Source of the DNA: Polyangiaceae bacterium
GTDB lineage: Bacteria; Myxococcota_A; Polyangia; Polyangiales; Polyangiaceae
Direction: 5' to 3'
Length of the DNA: 64,000 nt
Assembly (NCBI GenBank): GCA_044222475.1
Contig: JBGANF010000002.1
Span: 96,001 to 160,000, forward strand
Every line of letters begins with the position of its first letter. Position 1 is the stretch's first letter. The position numbers were made by a program, and so were the translations under genes. Of the stretch, positions 20,577 through 32,377 are shown one piece after another. Under the pieces are notes generated by a model. It did no database searches. It was not told the DNA's origin and worked only from the letters and a program-made list of their open reading frames with translations.

Positions 20577-22001
20577 ATGCGCTTTCGCTTGGCCTTCCTC
20601 GTCGCCGCCGCCGCGATCTTCGTGCCGATCCTGGCGCGCGCGGGCGATTTGGATCTCGAAGACGACGGCCCGGCGACGCCGCCGCCCGCCGCGCCGGCCG
20701 CGAAGGCGCGCACCTACACCCTCTCGGAGTGCCTCGCCCTCGCTGACCGGAACCACCCCAACATCTGGGCGGCGCGCGCCCGCGTCGGCTTCGCCCGGGG
20801 CCAGTACGACGAGGCGAAATGGATCCCGTGGTTCCAGTGGTCCGCGACCGCGCAGGGCGGCATCCTCCCGCAGATCGGCGGCACCGTGGGGTACACGGCC
20901 GCGAACCCGCTCTCGATCAACCCGACCTTCATCGGCGGCTATGAGCCGTTCTTCCAGTTTCGTGTAGATTACACGCTTCCGCTCTATACGTTCGGCAAGA
21001 TCACCGCCGGTCGCGAGGCGGCGGAGGCGAACGTTCGTCTGCAAGAGTGGGACATGGAGAAGTTCCGCCAGCTCGTGCGCATGGATGTGCGCCGAGCGTA
21101 CTTCGGCGTGATGGCGGCGCGAGATGGGCGCTACCTCGTCAAAGAGGTGCAAGCCAAGATCGAGAAGGCCATCGCCGACATCACGAAGCGGCTCGAGAAG
21201 AACGAGGCGGGCTACGACGAAGTCGACAAGATGCGACTGGAGCTCTACCGCGACGAGATCATCGCTCGAGGCGGTGATGCGGTGAAGGGCGAGACGTACG
21301 GCATGGCCGCGCTCCGGTTCATGACCGGAGTCCAGAGCGACTTCGACATCCCGGACGAGCCCATCCCTCGGCCCACGGTGCCGATCGCACCGGTCGTCAG
21401 CTACTTGGCGACCGCGCGCCTCTTCCGGCCCGAGGTCGCGATGGCGCGCGCCGGGATCGCGGCGCGGAAGGCTCAGCTGGACCTCCAACGAGCGAGGTTC
21501 TTCCCCGACTTCGGGCTCGGGCTCTCGGCGGGCTACTCGGTCGCGCCGAGCGTCGTCCCGCAGAGCAACATCAACGGCGCGTTGAACTGGAACTACTTCT
21601 ACTACGGCTTCGGCGTCGGCATGCGTTGGAACCTGGACCTCCTGCCGAACGCGGCGCGCGTGGCCCAGGTCGAGTCGCAGCTCGAAGAGACGCGGGCGAT
21701 CGAGCGGCTCGCGCTCGGCGGAGTCGCGGTCGAGGTGGAGAACGCCTACGCGAGCGTCGTCGAGGCCAAGAACCGCGAGGAGCGCTGGGACCACGCCGAG
21801 CACAAGACGAAGCAGTGGATCGTCGACGTTCAGTCCGCAATGGACCTCGGTACGAAGGACGAGCGCGCGCTGATGGAGCCGCTGCGCTGGTACGTGAACA
21901 CGAAGTTCGAGCACAACCGCGCGTTGATGGATCTCAACATCGCCCTGAGCGAGCTCGCGCGAGTCTCGGGTTGGGACAGCGCCGCGCCGGTCGGGCGCTG
22001 A
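20577..22001 (+). CDS. TolC family outer membrane protein
   Basis: Signal peptide; TLSECLALA, PLYTFGK, RPEV, FFPDFGL; two OEP halves. Confidence 0.88.
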   Translation: MRFRLAFLVAAAAIFVPILARAGDLDLEDDGPATPPPAAPAAKARTYTLSECLALADRNHPNIWAARARVGFARGQYDEAKWIPWFQWSATAQGGILPQIGGTVGYTAANPLSINPTFIGGYEPFFQFRVDYTLPLYTFGKITAGREAAEANVRLQEWDMEKFRQLVRMDVRRAYFGVMAARDGRYLVKEVQAKIEKAIADITKRLEKNEAGYDEVDKMRLELYRDEIIARGGDAVKGETYGMAALRFMTGVQSDFDIPDEPIPRPTVPIAPVVSYLATARLFRPEVAMARAGIAARKAQLDLQRARFFPDFGLGLSAGYSVAPSVVPQSNINGALNWNYFYYGFGVGMRWNLDLLPNAARVAQVESQLEETRAIERLALGGVAVEVENAYASVVEAKNREERWDHAEHKTKQWIVDVQSAMDLGTKDERALMEPLRWYVNTKFEHNRALMDLNIALSELARVSGWDSAAPVGR

Positions 22002-22004
22002 GCG

Positions 22005-23399
22005 TCAGATCGGACAGGTCGCGCGGTTCAGCACTGCGAGGAGCCTCGCGCGCACGAGCTCGAACTCGCGCAGGGCGAGCGAGATCTCCGCTTGGCGGAG
22101 CGCGGCTGCGGCGGTGACGAGCTCGAGGCTCGTTCCGGTGCCCAGCTGAAACGCCGCCCGGGTGAGTCGATCGGTCTCGAGCGCCAGATCGCGCGAGCGC
22201 ATCGCGACGGCTCGGGCTTGCTCCGCGACCACCACCGCGCGGTCGGCTTGGGTGATCTGGATGATCGCGGTGCGTCGCGTCGCCTCGAGCCGCTGGAGCG
22301 CTTGGTCCTCTTGAGCGTGCCCGTCGCGGAGCGCGCCGTAGCGTGCGCCGCCGTCCCAGATCGCCCACGAGAGGACGCCCTGGAGGTTCCACTGGGTCGA
22401 TGGCGTCGCGCCGAGATCCTGAGTCGTCGTGAAGAGCGTGCTCTGCGCCGACAGAGTGGGGAAGAACTGCATCCTCGCGTCGTTCACCGTCTGGTGCGCG
22501 AGGCGAACGCGCTCTTTGGCGAGCGCGACGTCGCTGCGGTCTTCGGCGCCCGGCGCGATCTTGCACTGTTTCACGAGGTCGTCCGCGACGCCGTCGAGGT
22601 TGAGCCGCGGATCGACGCCGACCGGCTCGGGCAGGCCCAGCGCCAGGCCGAGCGCTTCGCGCGCCTGACGCAGCGACTCGTCGCCGGTGACGAGCGTCGC
22701 GCGGGCGGCTTCGACGTCCTGCTTCGCGCGCACGAGATCGAGGCCGGTGCCGGCCTCGAGCGCGCGCCTCCGTTGTGCGAGGTCGAGCCGCTCGAGCGCG
22801 CTGCGCAGCCCGCTGCGGTTGAGCTCCGCGACGCGCTCGGCGGTGACGACGGCGACGACCGCGGCCGCGACGTTCTGCAGGAGGAGCCGCTTCGTCTCCT
22901 CGAGGTTGGCGCCGGCCACGTCCTGAGCGACCCCGGCGGTGCGCACGTTGTTCCACGCGCGCGGCGCGATGATCGGGAGGCCGAGGACGACGCTCGCCGT
23001 GGCGAACCTCGGGATCGGGGTCGTGATCGTTCGGAAGATGGGCTGCAGGTTGGAGTCGACGCCGGCGACCTGCGCGGTCGTGTTCGTGAGGAAGTTCATC
23101 GTCCCGTTGACGTTGCCGGTGATCGTCCCGAGGAGGCCCGCGAGCGCGGTGCGACTCTGGGCGTCGGCGCGCGCGATCTCGGCTTGCGCGATGTGGAGGT
23201 CGGTCGAGCGCGCTCGCACGTAGCTCGCGATGTCGTTCCAGGTCGCGAGCGTGCGCACCGGCGGCGGGATCGGCGCGAGCATCGGGTCGTCGACCGTCGG
23301 CGTACTGGGCGGCGTGCTCGGCGGCTCCGGCGGGGTGTCGGCGAGGGCGGCGCTTGAGACGAGGACGAGAGCGAGCGTGGCGAGGATCGTGCGGCGCAT
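22005..23399 (-). CDS. TolC family outer membrane protein
   Basis: Signal ALA; RSDV, FFPTLS, WAIWDGG, FQLGTGTSLEL. Confidence 0.88.
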   Translation of the reverse strand: MRRTILATLALVLVSSAALADTPPEPPSTPPSTPTVDDPMLAPIPPPVRTLATWNDIASYVRARSTDLHIAQAEIARADAQSRTALAGLLGTITGNVNGTMNFLTNTTAQVAGVDSNLQPIFRTITTPIPRFATASVVLGLPIIAPRAWNNVRTAGVAQDVAGANLEETKRLLLQNVAAAVVAVVTAERVAELNRSGLRSALERLDLAQRRRALEAGTGLDLVRAKQDVEAARATLVTGDESLRQAREALGLALGLPEPVGVDPRLNLDGVADDLVKQCKIAPGAEDRSDVALAKERVRLAHQTVNDARMQFFPTLSAQSTLFTTTQDLGATPSTQWNLQGVLSWAIWDGGARYGALRDGHAQEDQALQRLEATRRTAIIQITQADRAVVVAEQARAVAMRSRDLALETDRLTRAAFQLGTGTSLELVTAAAALRQAEISLALREFELVRARLLAVLNRATCPI

Positions 23400-23463
23400 G
23401 CCGCTTACGTACTCTCCTGCTGCCGTGGACGGTAGTGAAGTTTCGCGAAGCGTGCCGTGCCCG

Positions 23464-24297
23464 TCAGCGCGGCTTGGGCAGGGTCGCCGGCGGCATCATG
23501 CGCAGGCGGCGGCGCATGCGCTCCGTGCGAACGCGGTAGCAGGCCGCGACCTCGGACGCGCCGAGCGGCAGCCGCGCGGAGCGCGCGACGGCATACGCGA
23601 CCGCGGCGGCGAGGCAGCGAGCGTCCTCCTCGTCTTCGGGGGGCGCCTGCTCGACGACCTCGCGTGCGAGGCGCTTTGCCGCGGTCCGTTGGGTGGCATC
23701 GAGCGGGAGGCTCGCCAGCCCGCGCTCGAGCACGCGGAGGACGGCGCCGTACACGCGCGGCTTCTTGTTCGCCCCTTCGCTTCGCAGCGCGCGCGCGTCG
23801 TCGTGGCGGCCGGCGCGGCGGAGCGCGTGGGCCAGCGCTGCGAGGAACGCTCGGGTCCGGTGCCGCTCGGCGGCCTTCGCAAGCCACGGGATGGCGCGCT
23901 CCGGATCGTCGAGCGCGGCGTCGAGCAAGACGCCGAGGTTGTGCGCGTACCAGGGGTTCTGCGGCGACAGCTCGACAGCGCGTTCGAACGCGCTCACCGC
24001 GAAGCGAGGGTGCCCGAGATCGGCTTGGGCGAGCCCGAGCGCGGCCCACCCGCGGTCGTCGTCGGGGCGGGCGCGCAGGAGCGCGCGGGCGTGGAGCGAT
24101 GCGCGCCAGGGATCGCGATCGAGCAAGATCTCCGCGAGGTGACGGTGCGCGAAGATCGCGTCGTCGCTCCCTTCGGAGGAGCACGAAGCGAGCCGGCGAA
24201 GGAGAAGGAGCAAGCGCGCGCTCTCGCGGTCGTGGCGGAGAACCTCCTCCGCTCGGTTCCGCAGCTCCGCCGATGGCGTCGTACGCGCGCGGGTCAT
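23464..24297 (-). CDS. TPR protein with C-terminal TFIIB/cyclin-like helical repeat
   Basis: TPRs (GWAALGLA, NPWYAHNLG); C-terminus LAAAVAYAVARSARLPLGASEVAACYRV. Confidence 0.75.
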   Translation of the reverse strand: MTRARTTPSAELRNRAEEVLRHDRESARLLLLLRRLASCSSEGSDDAIFAHRHLAEILLDRDPWRASLHARALLRARPDDDRGWAALGLAQADLGHPRFAVSAFERAVELSPQNPWYAHNLGVLLDAALDDPERAIPWLAKAAERHRTRAFLAALAHALRRAGRHDDARALRSEGANKKPRVYGAVLRVLERGLASLPLDATQRTAAKRLAREVVEQAPPEDEEDARCLAAAVAYAVARSARLPLGASEVAACYRVRTERMRRRLRMMPPATLPKPR

Positions 24298-24415
24298 CTC
24301 ATTCGGTTTAGCTGCGCCCTACAGGCTTCGCAAGGATCGATCGGCGTGAAGTGCGTGCGATGCGTTTGTGGGTTGCACGATCGCGCCTTTTGAGATCCGC
24401 AGATCCGCAGTCGAC

Positions 24416-25228
24416 TCAGCGCACGCCGATCACGCGCTGCTGCACGAGCTCGTACAGGATGCGCAACGCGTCGAGCGTCGGCATTCCGCTGACGTCGAGG
24501 ATCTGCTCGAGGCTGGAGATCCCGTCGACGTGCGAGAGAACGAACCCCGACCGGTGATCGATGCTGAGCCACCGCAGCTGCTCGCGCGGAACCGCGACGA
24601 ACGGGACGCGATCGAGCGAGCCGAGTCGCGCGACGTACATCTGCTGGAGGACGCCACGGCAGTTCTCGGCGAGACGGTTCGCTTCGCCGTGCGAGGGATC
24701 TTCCTCCAGGATCGACTCCGCGACGACGAGCGCGCCGGAGTAGTCGCCGAGCGAGAATCGCTCGCGCATCTCGCGCAGGGGGGAGTCGTCCGCTTCGGCC
24801 GCGGCCGGCGCTGCGACCGCGGGCATGGCCCGCTCGGACGCCTGCGCGACGAGGCCGAGCGCTCCGCCGTCGACGTCTGCGCCCTCCGCGCCGTCGGCGA
24901 ATTGCAGCAGGCTCGCGCGCGAGAGGCTGGCTTGAGAGAGCGACGCGGGGGGGCTCTCCGCGCTCGGCGAGAGAGAGCGCTTCCGCGCGGCCTCCGTCTC
25001 CGACTCGTCGAGGAGGGTCGTCGCCTTGCTGCGGGGCGAAGGCGCCATGTAGCTCGACGCCGAGTCGAGCTTCATCGGTGCGCGCGCCGTCGACGGCGGT
25101 GCCGGTGCCGGCGAAGGCTTCGCTTCGGCGGGCATCGGAGCGGGCGGGGGCGCGACCGTCGGTGACGACCCGGCGCTCGGAGGGAGCTCCGTGGGCCACG
25201 CGCTGTCGATTTCGTCGTCGTCGACCAC
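24416..25228 (-). CDS. Hypothetical protein: disordered N-terminus, TPR-like helix pair, C-terminal winged-helix-like domain
   Basis: LGDYSGALVVAE; C-terminal GFVLSHVDGISSLEQILDVSGM...LYELVQQRVI. Confidence 0.8.
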   Translation of the reverse strand: MVDDDEIDSAWPTELPPSAGSSPTVAPPPAPMPAEAKPSPAPAPPSTARAPMKLDSASSYMAPSPRSKATTLLDESETEAARKRSLSPSAESPPASLSQASLSRASLLQFADGAEGADVDGGALGLVAQASERAMPAVAAPAAAEADDSPLREMRERFSLGDYSGALVVAESILEEDPSHGEANRLAENCRGVLQQMYVARLGSLDRVPFVAVPREQLRWLSIDHRSGFVLSHVDGISSLEQILDVSGMPTLDALRILYELVQQRVIGVR

Positions 25229-25246
25229 CTGTCCTCGGCGGAAACG

Positions 25247-27073
<1,827 letters not shown>

Positions 27074-27100
27074 GCAGCCCCTGGTTGTAGCACGAAAGCG

Positions 27101-28555
27101 CTAGTCTTTTCCCGAGCGTTTCACGAGGGCTTGGATGGCTTCGTCGTCGGGTGCGAGGCGCGATGCGGCCTCGAGCTCCCGCTTGGCGTTCAGCCCCAAA
27201 CCGGCCGCCGTGTACACGAGGTACAGCGTCACGTGGTACATCGCGTTCTTCGGGTTCAACGCGATGGCGGCCTGCGCGAGGCGCGCGGCCTCGTGGAGAT
27301 CCCCGTTCGATTTGGCGAGGCAATAAGCCGCGCGATCGTGGGATTCGGCGTCGTCGGGCTTCGCCTTCGCGGCGCGACGCCACGAGCGGGCGGCCTCCTC
27401 GAAGTGATGGTGCTTGTCCTCGTACTGAGCCTGCTTTCGGTACGTGAGGAAGAGGACCTCGGCCGCCGCTTTCTGGGCGTCCTCGAAGGATCGGCGGAGC
27501 TCGGCGTCGTCGGGGGCGATCTCGAGGGCGAGGCGAAACGCGGTGGCGGCGGCGACGGGGTCGTTCTTCGCCAGCGCAGCGTTCGCGGCGTCGAGGTGCG
27601 CCTTGGTCGCCTGCGTGCGGGCGGTCTCCTTCCGTTGCTCGTAATGGCGCCTCAGCGCTTCCGTGTCGGCCGGCGGAGGGTTGGTGATCGCGCGGTGGAG
27701 GCCGCTGGCGGCGCGCGCGCCGAGGAGCCGGCGAGCCAAGGCGTCGCGTCGCGCCTGCTCGGGGAGGGAGATGCCCGTCGTCGGCGGGCGAGACTCGGTG
27801 GGCATTCGAGGCTCGGGCGGAGCGCTCACGGTCACGACCGGCGTGGGCGCGGGCGTGCTGCTCACCGGGGGAAGGTCGAGGATGAGGTCCGCATCGACGT
27901 CGCGCCCGGGGTCGACCTCGCCGATGTAGGCGTCGTACTCGGCGCGCCGCTGCTCGTCGGTGAGCACGTCGTGCGCTTCGGTGATGCGCGTGAAGATCGC
28001 CTCCATCTTCGCCTTGAAGCTGCCGAGCTTCTTGCGGAAGAACCGGTCGGGGTGAAACAGGGCGGCGAGCTCGTAGTAGGCGCGCTTGATCGCCTTCTTG
28101 TTGGCGTCGCGCGCTACCCCGAGGAGCGCGTAGTGGTGGAGCTCTCCCAGGCGCTTTTCGAGGTCGAGGATTCGGAGCCGATGGTTCGGGTCGAGGTCGA
28201 CGTCCTCGCTCATCGCGGGGTGGTCCTTGAGGGTCGCGTCGTCCGACGTGAACGCGGCGCCTCCGCGCGGAACGGCGGCGGCCGCCTCCGGCGGGCGAGA
28301 CGCGTTCTCCTGGGGCGCGGTGCTCGCCTGGAGCTGGCGCGCGGGACCTTCGTACTCGACGAGCCCCAACGTCGACAGCTTGCGGAGGGTGTCCTGGATT
28401 TGCTCCAAGCCGATGCCGGTCAACCCCACGAGCTCGGTGTCGGACGCCGCGCCGTCGATGCGCGAGAGGACGAAGCCGTCGGTCGGGCTGAGCGGGAACG
28501 AGGCGATGCTCTTGCCGGGCGGCAGAGGGAGGAGCTTGGGGGTTCGGTTCGCCAC
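27101..28555 (-). CDS. J-domain protein with N-terminal winged-helix-like domain and C-terminal TPRs
   Basis: HYALLGV...IKRAYY...FHPDRF (HPD motif); TPRs at the C-terminus. Start estimated at GTG 28555. Confidence 0.9.
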   Translation of the reverse strand: MANRTPKLLPLPPGKSIASFPLSPTDGFVLSRIDGAASDTELVGLTGIGLEQIQDTLRKLSTLGLVEYEGPARQLQASTAPQENASRPPEAAAAVPRGGAAFTSDDATLKDHPAMSEDVDLDPNHRLRILDLEKRLGELHHYALLGVARDANKKAIKRAYYELAALFHPDRFFRKKLGSFKAKMEAIFTRITEAHDVLTDEQRRAEYDAYIGEVDPGRDVDADLILDLPPVSSTPAPTPVVTVSAPPEPRMPTESRPPTTGISLPEQARRDALARRLLGARAASGLHRAITNPPPADTEALRRHYEQRKETARTQATKAHLDAANAALAKNDPVAAATAFRLALEIAPDDAELRRSFEDAQKAAAEVLFLTYRKQAQYEDKHHHFEEAARSWRRAAKAKPDDAESHDRAAYCLAKSNGDLHEAARLAQAAIALNPKNAMYHVTLYLVYTAAGLGLNAKRELEAASRLAPDDEAIQALVKRSGKD

Positions 28556-28607
28556 GTCCGGGGATTCTCCGGGAACGAGGCGATCGTAAACGGCCGGCGC
28601 GACCCGG

Positions 28608-29525
28608 TCACGCGGAAGTTGAGGCCTCGAATCGAGGGTGCATCCAGGGCCAGAGCTCGGGTGCGCTGGCGATCCGGCGGGCGAGCTCGGCGTTGATCCG
28701 CGCCGTCTGCGCCGCGGCGTCGTCACCGTCGTGGAGCTCGATGCGCGTGCACGTGAGCGCGAGCGTCCCGTCGACTCGCTCGGTCGACGCGACGACGATC
28801 GGTGCGCCGCTGCGGAGCGCGATGCGCGCTGGTCCGACCGCGGTCGGCGCGGGGACTCCGAAGAACGGCACGTCGACGGAGGGAACGCGCGATCGGAGGT
28901 CCATCGGGGCGCCGAGCACTCCGCCCGCTCGCAGCGTGCGCAGGATCTTGGCGGCGGCGCCGGGCGTGCCGCGGGGGATGGTCGCGACGCCGGCGCGGGC
29001 GCGGATCCGCGCGGTCCACGCGTCGAAGCGTCGGTCGTAGCTCTCGCGCACGAGCGTCGTCAGCGGGAAGCCGGCGTCGACCAACGTGGACGCCACGCGC
29101 TCCCACGGGCCCAGGTGCGCCGACGGCAGAACGACGCCGCGCCCGAGGGCGAGCGCCTCGCGCAGCACCTCTCGGTCGCGCTCGGCGAAGGGGAGGGATG
29201 CCGGCGCACGCCAAAGTGCGCTCACGGTCTCGCCGACGATGCCGCCCATCTCGACGAAGGTGCGCGCCACGAGGGACTCGCGCTCTTCGCGCGACAGCGC
29301 GGGGAGGGCCCGCGCCACGTTCGCGAGCGCTCGCCCGCGCTCGCCGCGGAGGACGAGGTGCAGAACGCGCCCGAGGCCGCGCCCGGCGCCGCGGAGCAGC
29401 GAGGGCGGCACGAGCCGCGTCCCGTGCAGCGCCAGCGCTGCGACGACGAAGATCGCGTCGTTCTTGATCCGCTGGCCGAGGCTCCAGCGCCCGCCCTCGC
29501 GCACGTCCGCGACGACGGCGTTCAT
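28608..29525 (-). CDS. LpxL/lysophospholipid acyltransferase family
   Basis: SAHLGPWE, VDVPFFG, WPWMHPRF. Confidence 0.88.
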   Translation of the reverse strand: MNAVVADVREGGRWSLGQRIKNDAIFVVAALALHGTRLVPPSLLRGAGRGLGRVLHLVLRGERGRALANVARALPALSREERESLVARTFVEMGGIVGETVSALWRAPASLPFAERDREVLREALALGRGVVLPSAHLGPWERVASTLVDAGFPLTTLVRESYDRRFDAWTARIRARAGVATIPRGTPGAAAKILRTLRAGGVLGAPMDLRSRVPSVDVPFFGVPAPTAVGPARIALRSGAPIVVASTERVDGTLALTCTRIELHDGDDAAAQTARINAELARRIASAPELWPWMHPRFEASTSA

Positions 29526-30103
29526 GGCGTCGGGATGGGGGCGCCGGGGATCACGCTCGGCCCGTTGGGGCAGGAACCGCAGCTCTTCTTGACCTTCTCT
29601 CGCGCGGCGTCGACGCGGGCCTTCGCGCGGCTGCACTCGTCGGGGGCGCCGAGATCGCACAGCGTCTTCGCGGCGCGCTCCATCGACGCGAGCGCCTTGC
29701 ACGCGGTCGTGCACTCCTTCAGCGAAGCTTGGATCTGGTTCTCGGAGTCGCCGAGCGTGGCGAGCGCCCAGCTGCGGCGCGCATCGACGGCGCCGCCGTT
29801 CTGTGGAGCCACCGGCGGCGGGGGCGCGTTGCCGGGCGAGTACGTTTGCGGCGTGGGGGCTTGACCGTTGGTCGGGCGGGCCGTCGTCGGGTCACCGTCG
29901 TTCGGCGCCATCGGCGGCGGAGCGGCTGACGCCGTCGCGGTCGTCTTCGCCATCGCGGGAGGCGGCGCGTCGTCGGAGTCGGCGTTCGGCCTGTTCCCCG
30001 AGTAGTCGCTCGCGCTCGCTGGTGCCTTCGCGGACGAGCCGCCGCCGCACGCCGCCGTGAGCGCCAACCCGACCGCGAGCACGACGAGCGATTCGCGCTT
30101 CAT
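29522..30103 (-). CDS. Lipoprotein with C-terminal Cys-rich helical domain
   Basis: TAA-C lipobox; CTTACKALASMERAAKTLCDL...C...CGSC. Confidence 0.8.
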   Translation of the reverse strand: MKRESLVVLAVGLALTAACGGGSSAKAPASASDYSGNRPNADSDDAPPPAMAKTTATASAAPPPMAPNDGDPTTARPTNGQAPTPQTYSPGNAPPPPVAPQNGGAVDARRSWALATLGDSENQIQASLKECTTACKALASMERAAKTLCDLGAPDECSRAKARVDAAREKVKKSCGSCPNGPSVIPGAPIPTP

Positions 30104-30690
30104 TTCGCGCTCGCATCTCCGCCGTCGCCGAGCGACTTCCCGATGACGTGCTCTTGGATGTCCATCGCTTCCTTGAGGAGACTGACGGCGTGGGTGCGCG
30201 CGGTATTCGCTTCCGCCGTCTGTCCGGCGGCGGTCGCCTTCGCGGCCCGCTTCTGCTCGACGATGCCGTACATCGTGAGGAGCTGACCCCGGAAGTACGT
30301 CGCTTCTTTGGCGTGGGTGAGGCCTTCTTTGACGTCGCGTTCGGCGGCGTCGAGGTCGCCCTTGGTCGTGCGCAGGTCGGCGAGGCGCGCGTACGCGTCG
30401 GCGAGCGTCTCGTCGATCTCGGGGACGGCCTCGCCCGCGTGGGGGCGGGGAGCCTTCACGATCCGCTCGATCGCGGCGATCGCGCCGTCGATGTCGCCTT
30501 GCTCTTCGAGGATGTCGGCTTCGTGGTGCCCCGCCCGCGCCAGCGAGAGGAACGCGAGCAGGCCCGTGTCGACGACGGGAGCGACCTCACCGGTGGTCGA
30601 GGTCTTGGTCTCGCAACCGTTCAGCAGCGGTGCGCCGGCGAACGCGAAGACGATGGTGGCGAGCAGGGCGCCGAGGATCGATCGATTCAT
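30100..30690 (-). CDS. TPR-like lipoprotein
   Basis: LNG-C lipobox; helical repeats (GDIDGAIAA, GDLDAAERD). Confidence 0.8.
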   Translation of the reverse strand: MNRSILGALLATIVFAFAGAPLLNGCETKTSTTGEVAPVVDTGLLAFLSLARAGHHEADILEEQGDIDGAIAAIERIVKAPRPHAGEAVPEIDETLADAYARLADLRTTKGDLDAAERDVKEGLTHAKEATYFRGQLLTMYGIVEQKRAAKATAAGQTAEANTARTHAVSLLKEAMDIQEHVIGKSLGDGGDASAK

Positions 30691-31175
30691 CGAACGCCCC
30701 ACTGCGCGAAGCGGTTGTTGCGGTAGTCCGACGCTCGCGCTTCGGCGATTCGGTCGGCGCGAGCGCTTGCCTGCCCGCGCTCGAACGGTTGGTCGAAGAG
30801 CGGCTGGGTGGAGCGCGAGCGGGCGAGGGCTGCCGCGTCCTGCGCCGGCGGGCGACCGACGAGGAGGAGCACCGCCGCAGCCGCCGCGACGAGGGCCGCC
30901 GCGCCGAACGCGACGCGAATGACGACTCCGCTGCGCTCGCTTCGTCGGCGATCGAACCGCACGAGCGCGGCGTCGACGAGCTTCTTCTGCGCGTCGGGAT
31001 CGAGCTCGCGCGGCGTCTCCGCGAGGGAGAGCGCGCGGAGCAGCTCCGCGTCGTCGCTGGGCTTCGACGCGTCGTCGAGGGCGCCGCGGAGCGACTCTGC
31101 GGCCGCGAGCTCCTCCGCCGACGGAGGCGCGTCGGGATCGACGTCCGCACGCTTCGGATTTCGCGTGTCACTCAT
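30687..31175 (-). CDS. Putative membrane anti-sigma factor
   Basis: Overlaps the ECF sigma stop; helical N-terminus, single TM (AAALVAAAAAVLLLV), short external tail. Confidence 0.7.
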   Translation of the reverse strand: MSDTRNPKRADVDPDAPPSAEELAAAESLRGALDDASKPSDDAELLRALSLAETPRELDPDAQKKLVDAALVRFDRRRSERSGVVIRVAFGAAALVAAAAAVLLLVGRPPAQDAAALARSRSTQPLFDQPFERGQASARADRIAEARASDYRNNRFAQWGVR

Positions 31176-31803
31176 CGGAGGCGTCCTCGGGGAGATCGGT
31201 GGCGAGCGCTTTGCGGAGCGCGGCCACTGCTCGGTGGAGTAGCACGTCGAAGGTCGCCGGTGTGACCTCCATGGTCTTCGCGACCTCTTCGCGCGGTCGC
31301 TCTTCGAGCACGCGCAGCCGCAGCGCCTTCGCGTAGCGCGGGTGGATTCGGCCGAGCGCGGCGTCGACGCGGGCGCGGGCGGCCTCGCGATCGCGTCGCT
31401 CGAGGAGGAGCTGATCGACCGGCGTCGCCGACGACTGCTCGTCGACCTCGCGCTCGACGTCGGCGGCCTCCCAGAGCACCGTGCGCTTGCGGGCGCGGAG
31501 CTGGTCGAGCGCGACGCGGAGGGCCATCGTGCGGAGCCAGGGGTAGATGCCGACGCCCTGCCACTCGAAGCGGTCGATGCGCTCGACGACCTTCTTGTAG
31601 ACCTCACCGAGCGCGTCTTGAGCTGCCGCCTCCGACCCGAGGCGGGGCAGGAGGACGTGGCGGTAGAGCGACGGACCGTGCTTCTTGAGCACCTGGCCCA
31701 TGGCGTCGCGATCGCCCCGTTGGGCGCGGTCGACGAGGGCCCGTTCGGCCTCGAGCTCGCGCGCCCGTGCTTCGTCCTCCCGGCCGGTCACGGCGCCGAC
31801 CAT
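31168..31803 (-). CDS. ECF RNA polymerase sigma factor
   Basis: LVDRAQRGDRDA, AAQDAL, YPWLRTMA (region 2); EEVAKTMEVTPATFDVLLHRA (region 4). Confidence 0.92.
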   Translation of the reverse strand: MVGAVTGREDEARARELEAERALVDRAQRGDRDAMGQVLKKHGPSLYRHVLLPRLGSEAAAQDALGEVYKKVVERIDRFEWQGVGIYPWLRTMALRVALDQLRARKRTVLWEAADVEREVDEQSSATPVDQLLLERRDREAARARVDAALGRIHPRYAKALRLRVLEERPREEVAKTMEVTPATFDVLLHRAVAALRKALATDLPEDASDE

Positions 31804-31930
31804 AGCCGACCAAATCCGCGAGATGGGGACTGCTTGCGCGCTCACGAGGATGAAACGGGCGGGGTCTCCAGTCCTTACAGGAGGGGGCCGCCTCTTGACG
31901 CCGGCTGCGTCCTCCGCGACAAGACTGGGC

Positions 31931-32377
31931 GTGGACGCCGCCATCTTGCTAGCCCCTGGCGCGGACGCGAACGGGTTGGCGGTGATGTTGGCCGACCTTC
32001 TGCGCCAGAACCTCGAGGCGAAGCCCCACAAACGGGCTGATTTCGACGCGATGGTCGGCAGCGTCGCGATCGTGGCGGAGGACGCCGAGGTCGCGCTCAC
32101 GCTGCGATTCTCTGGCGGAAAGCTCACTATTTTCGACGGGATAGTCGGAATCCCTGATGTAGCGGTTCGGGCCTCTTCGGACGCGATCATCAACATGTCG
32201 AACGTGCCGCTCACGTCGTCCGGGCTCCCGATCCCGCGCTGGAGCGACAAGGCCGGGATCGCGGTCATGAAGGACGTCGCCCGGACGATGCGCTCGGGAG
32301 AGATGAAGGTCCACGGTGGTGCATTCCACCCCGGGTTCATGATGCGCCTGACGCGGGTGATGTCCGTCAACGGCTGA
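31931..32377 (+). CDS. SCP2 sterol-binding-like protein
   Basis: VALTLRFSGGKLTI...PDVAVRA...MRSGEMKVHG pattern. Confidence 0.65.
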   Translation: MDAAILLAPGADANGLAVMLADLLRQNLEAKPHKRADFDAMVGSVAIVAEDAEVALTLRFSGGKLTIFDGIVGIPDVAVRASSDAIINMSNVPLTSSGLPIPRWSDKAGIAVMKDVARTMRSGEMKVHGGAFHPGFMMRLTRVMSVNG

